NCBI GenBank assembly: GCA_002269645.1
Contig: NIVC01000860.1
Coordinates: 186,001-250,000, forward strand
DNA: 64,000 nucleotides
Source: Macrostomum lignano
Taxonomy: Eukaryota
Reading direction: 5' to 3'
Positions 60,285 to 64,000 of this stretch are shown here, one piece after another; the first letter of the stretch is position 1; the number at the start of each line of letters is the position of its first letter. The translations under genes and the position numbers were made by a program. The notes under the pieces are model-generated. The model was not told the origin of the DNA, ran no database searches, and saw only the letters and a list, made by a program, of their open reading frames with translations.

Positions 60285-61086
60285 CAAATACTTTATGTTG
60301 TGGTTTGACAAAGTTTACGTTTTTTAAAACTAATTGCTCACTGTTGGCAGCTGACCAAAACTTACTTTTGGGATACACCTCAGCTCCCTATATGTCTATG
60401 CCTATATTTGGGATACACTATGCCTATATGTCTATGGTACTAAATTGACAAACGAGGAGAAAGAATGGCCATAGACACTTAAACTTCTTGTATGTTACAA
60501 CACAGAGCCCGGAATTTTCGACATTGACGCCCGGACTTTTCTCACATTATGAGTATAAACATTTATTTTTCCTGGGCTTACGCACCCTCAAAATTCTACA
60601 TTGTTTCCTGCAAAAATAAACGTTAATGTTATATTCGACATGTAAAGCCACTGAATATTATAGACACTAAGTGTTCTAAAGACACTGAATATTCTAAAAG
60701 GATGAACAAATTCTTCGCAAAATTTTTTTTAATAAGATTGAAGTACGAAGCATATGTAATTAAGATCCTAAATTTCAAGATCAAGGAGGTTTAATAAAAT
60801 TGAAGAAATAATTTCATTCCAAATTTACATTAAACATTTGAATTTGTTTGACGTACATGTAGCTATTTCTTAAAAAGCAGTGGTTTGGGCTACTTACTGC
60901 AAAGCAGAAACAAATGGATGAGGTTGCAAGAAAATCTTAACGATTTTTGTGAAAGAGAAAGAGAGAGAGCAATATTTGGTGGGGTGATTGCAGCGGCCGG
61001 GGCGCCCCCGTGTAATAAAAAATTGATAACTTTTTTGTCTCGCCAATTCTTTTTGCTTGGATTTTCCAGCATAGCGTCCTTTCACT

Positions 61087-63701
61087 TCATCCGGCCGTTG
61101 TCGAGCTGAAAGCGCGACCGCCGCTAATTCCGTCTTTGCTGGCGCCGCGACCTGTCAGGCCCGGCTTGCGCAAGCCGATGTACACCGCCGCGATGACCAC
61201 TGCGACAACTACGACGCTGACTACAACACCGATGACCACGCCGAGACTGGGGTTGCCGCCTTCGGGCGGCTGCGTGGGCCCGACCTCGCCAAACGGCAGC
61301 TCCTGAAAGGCGGCCGACGCGGGGAAAGCCAACTGGCCCCTGTTGTTGGCCGCGTCCACCGCTCGCAGAGTGACGAATGCAACGGACGAGGAGCCGACAT
61401 TCGGAAACCGGATGCCGAGACGCTCGCGGGCTCCGGCTTCGGCCGGGGAGGACAGACTGCCAAGGTGCACATTCTCTGGTAGCACCTTCTGCGCCTTGGA
61501 GCCATCGGACTCCGGATCTGTCAGGTCTTCCGCTTGCGTTGACCAGTACGCTTCGTATTGATTGGCTGGAAAATGTTCATATTGTACGACGCATCATGAC
61601 AACTTTTCTAAAGCCTCGAGTTTTGCTTCCAAAACCATTTCAGAGAAAGGAATATTATCTTTTTGTCGTAAGATGTAGCTACATGTACGCTCGTAAGATG
61701 TCAAAAACTGCCTGTGGAAAAACCCTATATTTAATGCACTGATGCATACAGATATTTAATGTGCTACGTCCGTTCTCTGGGTCCTGAGACGAGTGGGCAA
61801 ATTAAGCAGAACTGGCAGTGGTTAGAACGGAGTCGAATACAAGTACAGACTTGTGTCAACCTTGACTTGCTGTGATAAAGTAGCAGCTTCTGGCGTGACC
61901 AGCACTTTACAATCTGTACACCTTCCGGCTAAGGCCTCGTAGCTTTGTAATTTTGCTACGAGTGTTCTGGCAGTGCTCTAACAGTTAACCCCGCGCTCAC
62001 CAGTTCCCTGGTCGAAATCGTCTCCAACTGCAATGAAGCGAAACACAATGCTGGCGTCGGTGGAGTTGACTGATTCGACGTCCAGGCTGGCGATGGGGCC
62101 TGGCGGGATCCGGTCGATGCGGCTTTCCTCCTCATAGAATGTCTCGAGTTTGAAGCTGCCAGCCAGAGCGTCTCGCGTCATGTTGGTCACCGGCAGTTGG
62201 CTGTAGTTTGCTGTTGGAGAGAGGGGATGGCATGGCAAAATTGGGTCCACGACAACTGGCTGCCGTAATTTGACTAAAAGCAATTTGAGTGCCAAGGATC
62301 CAGGTTGGGGTTAGGGTAGGATGGATTTAGTCGGATTAGGTTATTCCAAGCTAAAATACGGTGACCAAACTTGTGAAGCTTTGTGAATTTTGTAGTGAAC
62401 TGGTTCCGAGCTTTTGAAAAATTACCTGGATCCTAACAGACTCAACTCAAAATCTGGTGGTAAATGTAACTTTGTACTCAATGCACTTTGTGTCCGAAAG
62501 GTTGACTAACTGCGAAACGTTTCTCTGCTTTCTGTATTTACTCTAAGATATCATTTAATTGGCGTTAACTTTACGTACCGGTCTGTAGGCTATTTATTAC
62601 CAACTGGATGCTAGCTTAGGCTTTTTAATTAACTTTACTCGTACCTTTCGCACGTGGTCAAGTCGATTTGCAGATTACCGCAATAGATTTTCTCTCTTCA
62701 TTCATGCCATGATTTATAGCCATCATTGGCTGTTATTATTACACTATACTTGACCGTGACGTCGCCATGGCCAAAAATACGCTTATTTATAATCAAATCT
62801 CAAGCTGGGTTGTAAAACGAATAGACACAATTGAATGTATTTGAGCGTATTAGAGAGTCCTCACTCAGTATTTGACTGACCCCGTTTGACTACATGTACA
62901 GACTGTCGAAGTAGCCTTGCGGTCAAATGCTGGGATCACCTTACTCTCATACCCGCTATATGGCAACTATTGTGCTGCTCCTGTAGGACGTATACAGTAG
63001 CACTCGTCTTTGACGGAATTCAATCAAGTCGGTAAACTTCTGTAGCCACCTCGGATCAAGCACATTCCAGCTTCATGCCATCGTCGTGTTAGCAGAATGT
63101 AGGAAATTGAGTGTCACGTCTTGATGCAAAATAACGGTAACTTTTAGCAGTCCAATTGGTCAAATATTTAAATTGCGTAACTGAACTAATTAATTTGCTC
63201 ACCGCGAGTGTCCACAGCCAGCGGTCCGCCAACGAACGGACTGGCACCCGACGGCGGCGCCACGATGATGGCTGTCTGGCCGTTCACAGACTCAGCGGTC
63301 GCGGCAACCAAATAATCGCCGGCTGCAGTCAGCCGCCTCGGCGACAGAACCCCGGTGTACACGCCATCGTTCGGCCGCAGGTCAACCCCGGCGCCGTTGT
63401 CGTACAGCTGGACAGCCAGCTGGGCGCCGTCTGGGGCGCGCACGCTGGCGCTAACTTTGGCGCCAATAACTGCTGCATTGGCGGAGCCGCTGCGCAGCAC
63501 CGCGTTGATCACCACGCCGTGACTGTCTGGGCTGGCGCTGTTGTTCTCCAGTTTGAATGTACTGACGCTGGCAACTGCCGAGATTGGGCCGGCAGCGGCT
63601 GGCGACGATTTTGAAGGCTTGGTGCTGACCACCACGGAGGCCGTGTGGTCGGATGGGCCGGCATTCGAACTAGCGGAGAGCTGAATGTTCCACTTGCCCG
63701 C
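61087..63701 (-). CDS. 3' part of a CLCA-like (calcium-activated chloride channel regulator family) gene with C-terminal TM; exons 63701-63203, 62210-62001, 61565-61087; gene continues beyond the window
   Basis: LYDNGAGVDLRPNDGVY, DRIPPGPIASL...FIAVGDDFDQGT and ANQYE match CLCA C-terminal motifs. TM is LGVVIGVVVSVVVVAVVIAAVYIGL. Junctions are phase 1. Confidence 0.8.
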
Positions 63702-64000
63702 CTGTTTAACGTGAAAGGGGAACCAGGGGTGGACAATGCAACGGGCATTTCGACTTTGTCCTTGTATTTAACTTCAGTCGCCCATGGAATCTGCATTCGT
63801 TAGCAGTTTTTACCGACTATGTTTCTCTGCAAAAACCATTTGTAAAATATAAGTTTTCAGTGTTTTAATTAACACTAAATTCTCAGCATGTCTCAGCTAG
63901 CTTCTGAAATTCCAAATTCTAAATGGAGCAAGTATGCGCAAAACAAAAAAGTAGAAACAAAAAAACCGAAAAATAGAACTACATTCTGTTGAGCTTCTGT

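Larger units (their letters stand above)
58648..60381 (+). mobile_element. Mariner DNA transposon (DD34D), ~1.73 kb including nested MITE
   Basis: TA|cgaggtgtatcccaaaagtaagtt ... aacttacttttgggatacacctc. The right end lacks the terminal G-TA. Confidence 0.92.

Overview
Eukaryotic (animal) genomic DNA: GC-rich, Ala-rich spliced exons sit in a matrix of minisatellites, MITEs and decayed transposons. The style resembles a free-living flatworm such as Macrostomum, but that is inference only. Eight host genes can be assembled by hand from GT-AG junctions or a single ORF: (1) a secreted ALK/LTK-type glycine-rich-domain protein (-, two 1-bp frameshifts); (2) an intronless membrane-anchored FkbM-like methyltransferase (-); (3) an EGF + D8C-like + mucin-repeat protein (+); (4) a 4-TM claudin/PMP22-like protein (+); (5) a B-box/coiled-coil/NHL-like protein (-); (6) a Spindly-like dynein adaptor (-); (7) a death-domain + IRAK/Pelle-like pseudokinase (+, one frameshift); (8) the 3' part of a CLCA-like gene (-). 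Mobile and repetitive DNA includes a ~10 kb tandem array of ~2.75 kb units carrying a Harbinger-like MITE, and two adjacent Tc1/IS630-like TIR elements that encode only the DNA-binding domain. There are also a LOA/I-group LINE tail, tRNA-derived SINEs (one CORE-type), a 491-bp duplicated AP-1/CArG/TATA promoter block inside the Spindly intron, and a Crypton-like relic. A DD34D mariner carries a nested P-like MITE, and about 20 distinct mini/microsatellites are present. Many long ORFs in the supplied track are only translated tandem repeats. No CRISPR, rRNA or true tRNA genes were seen.
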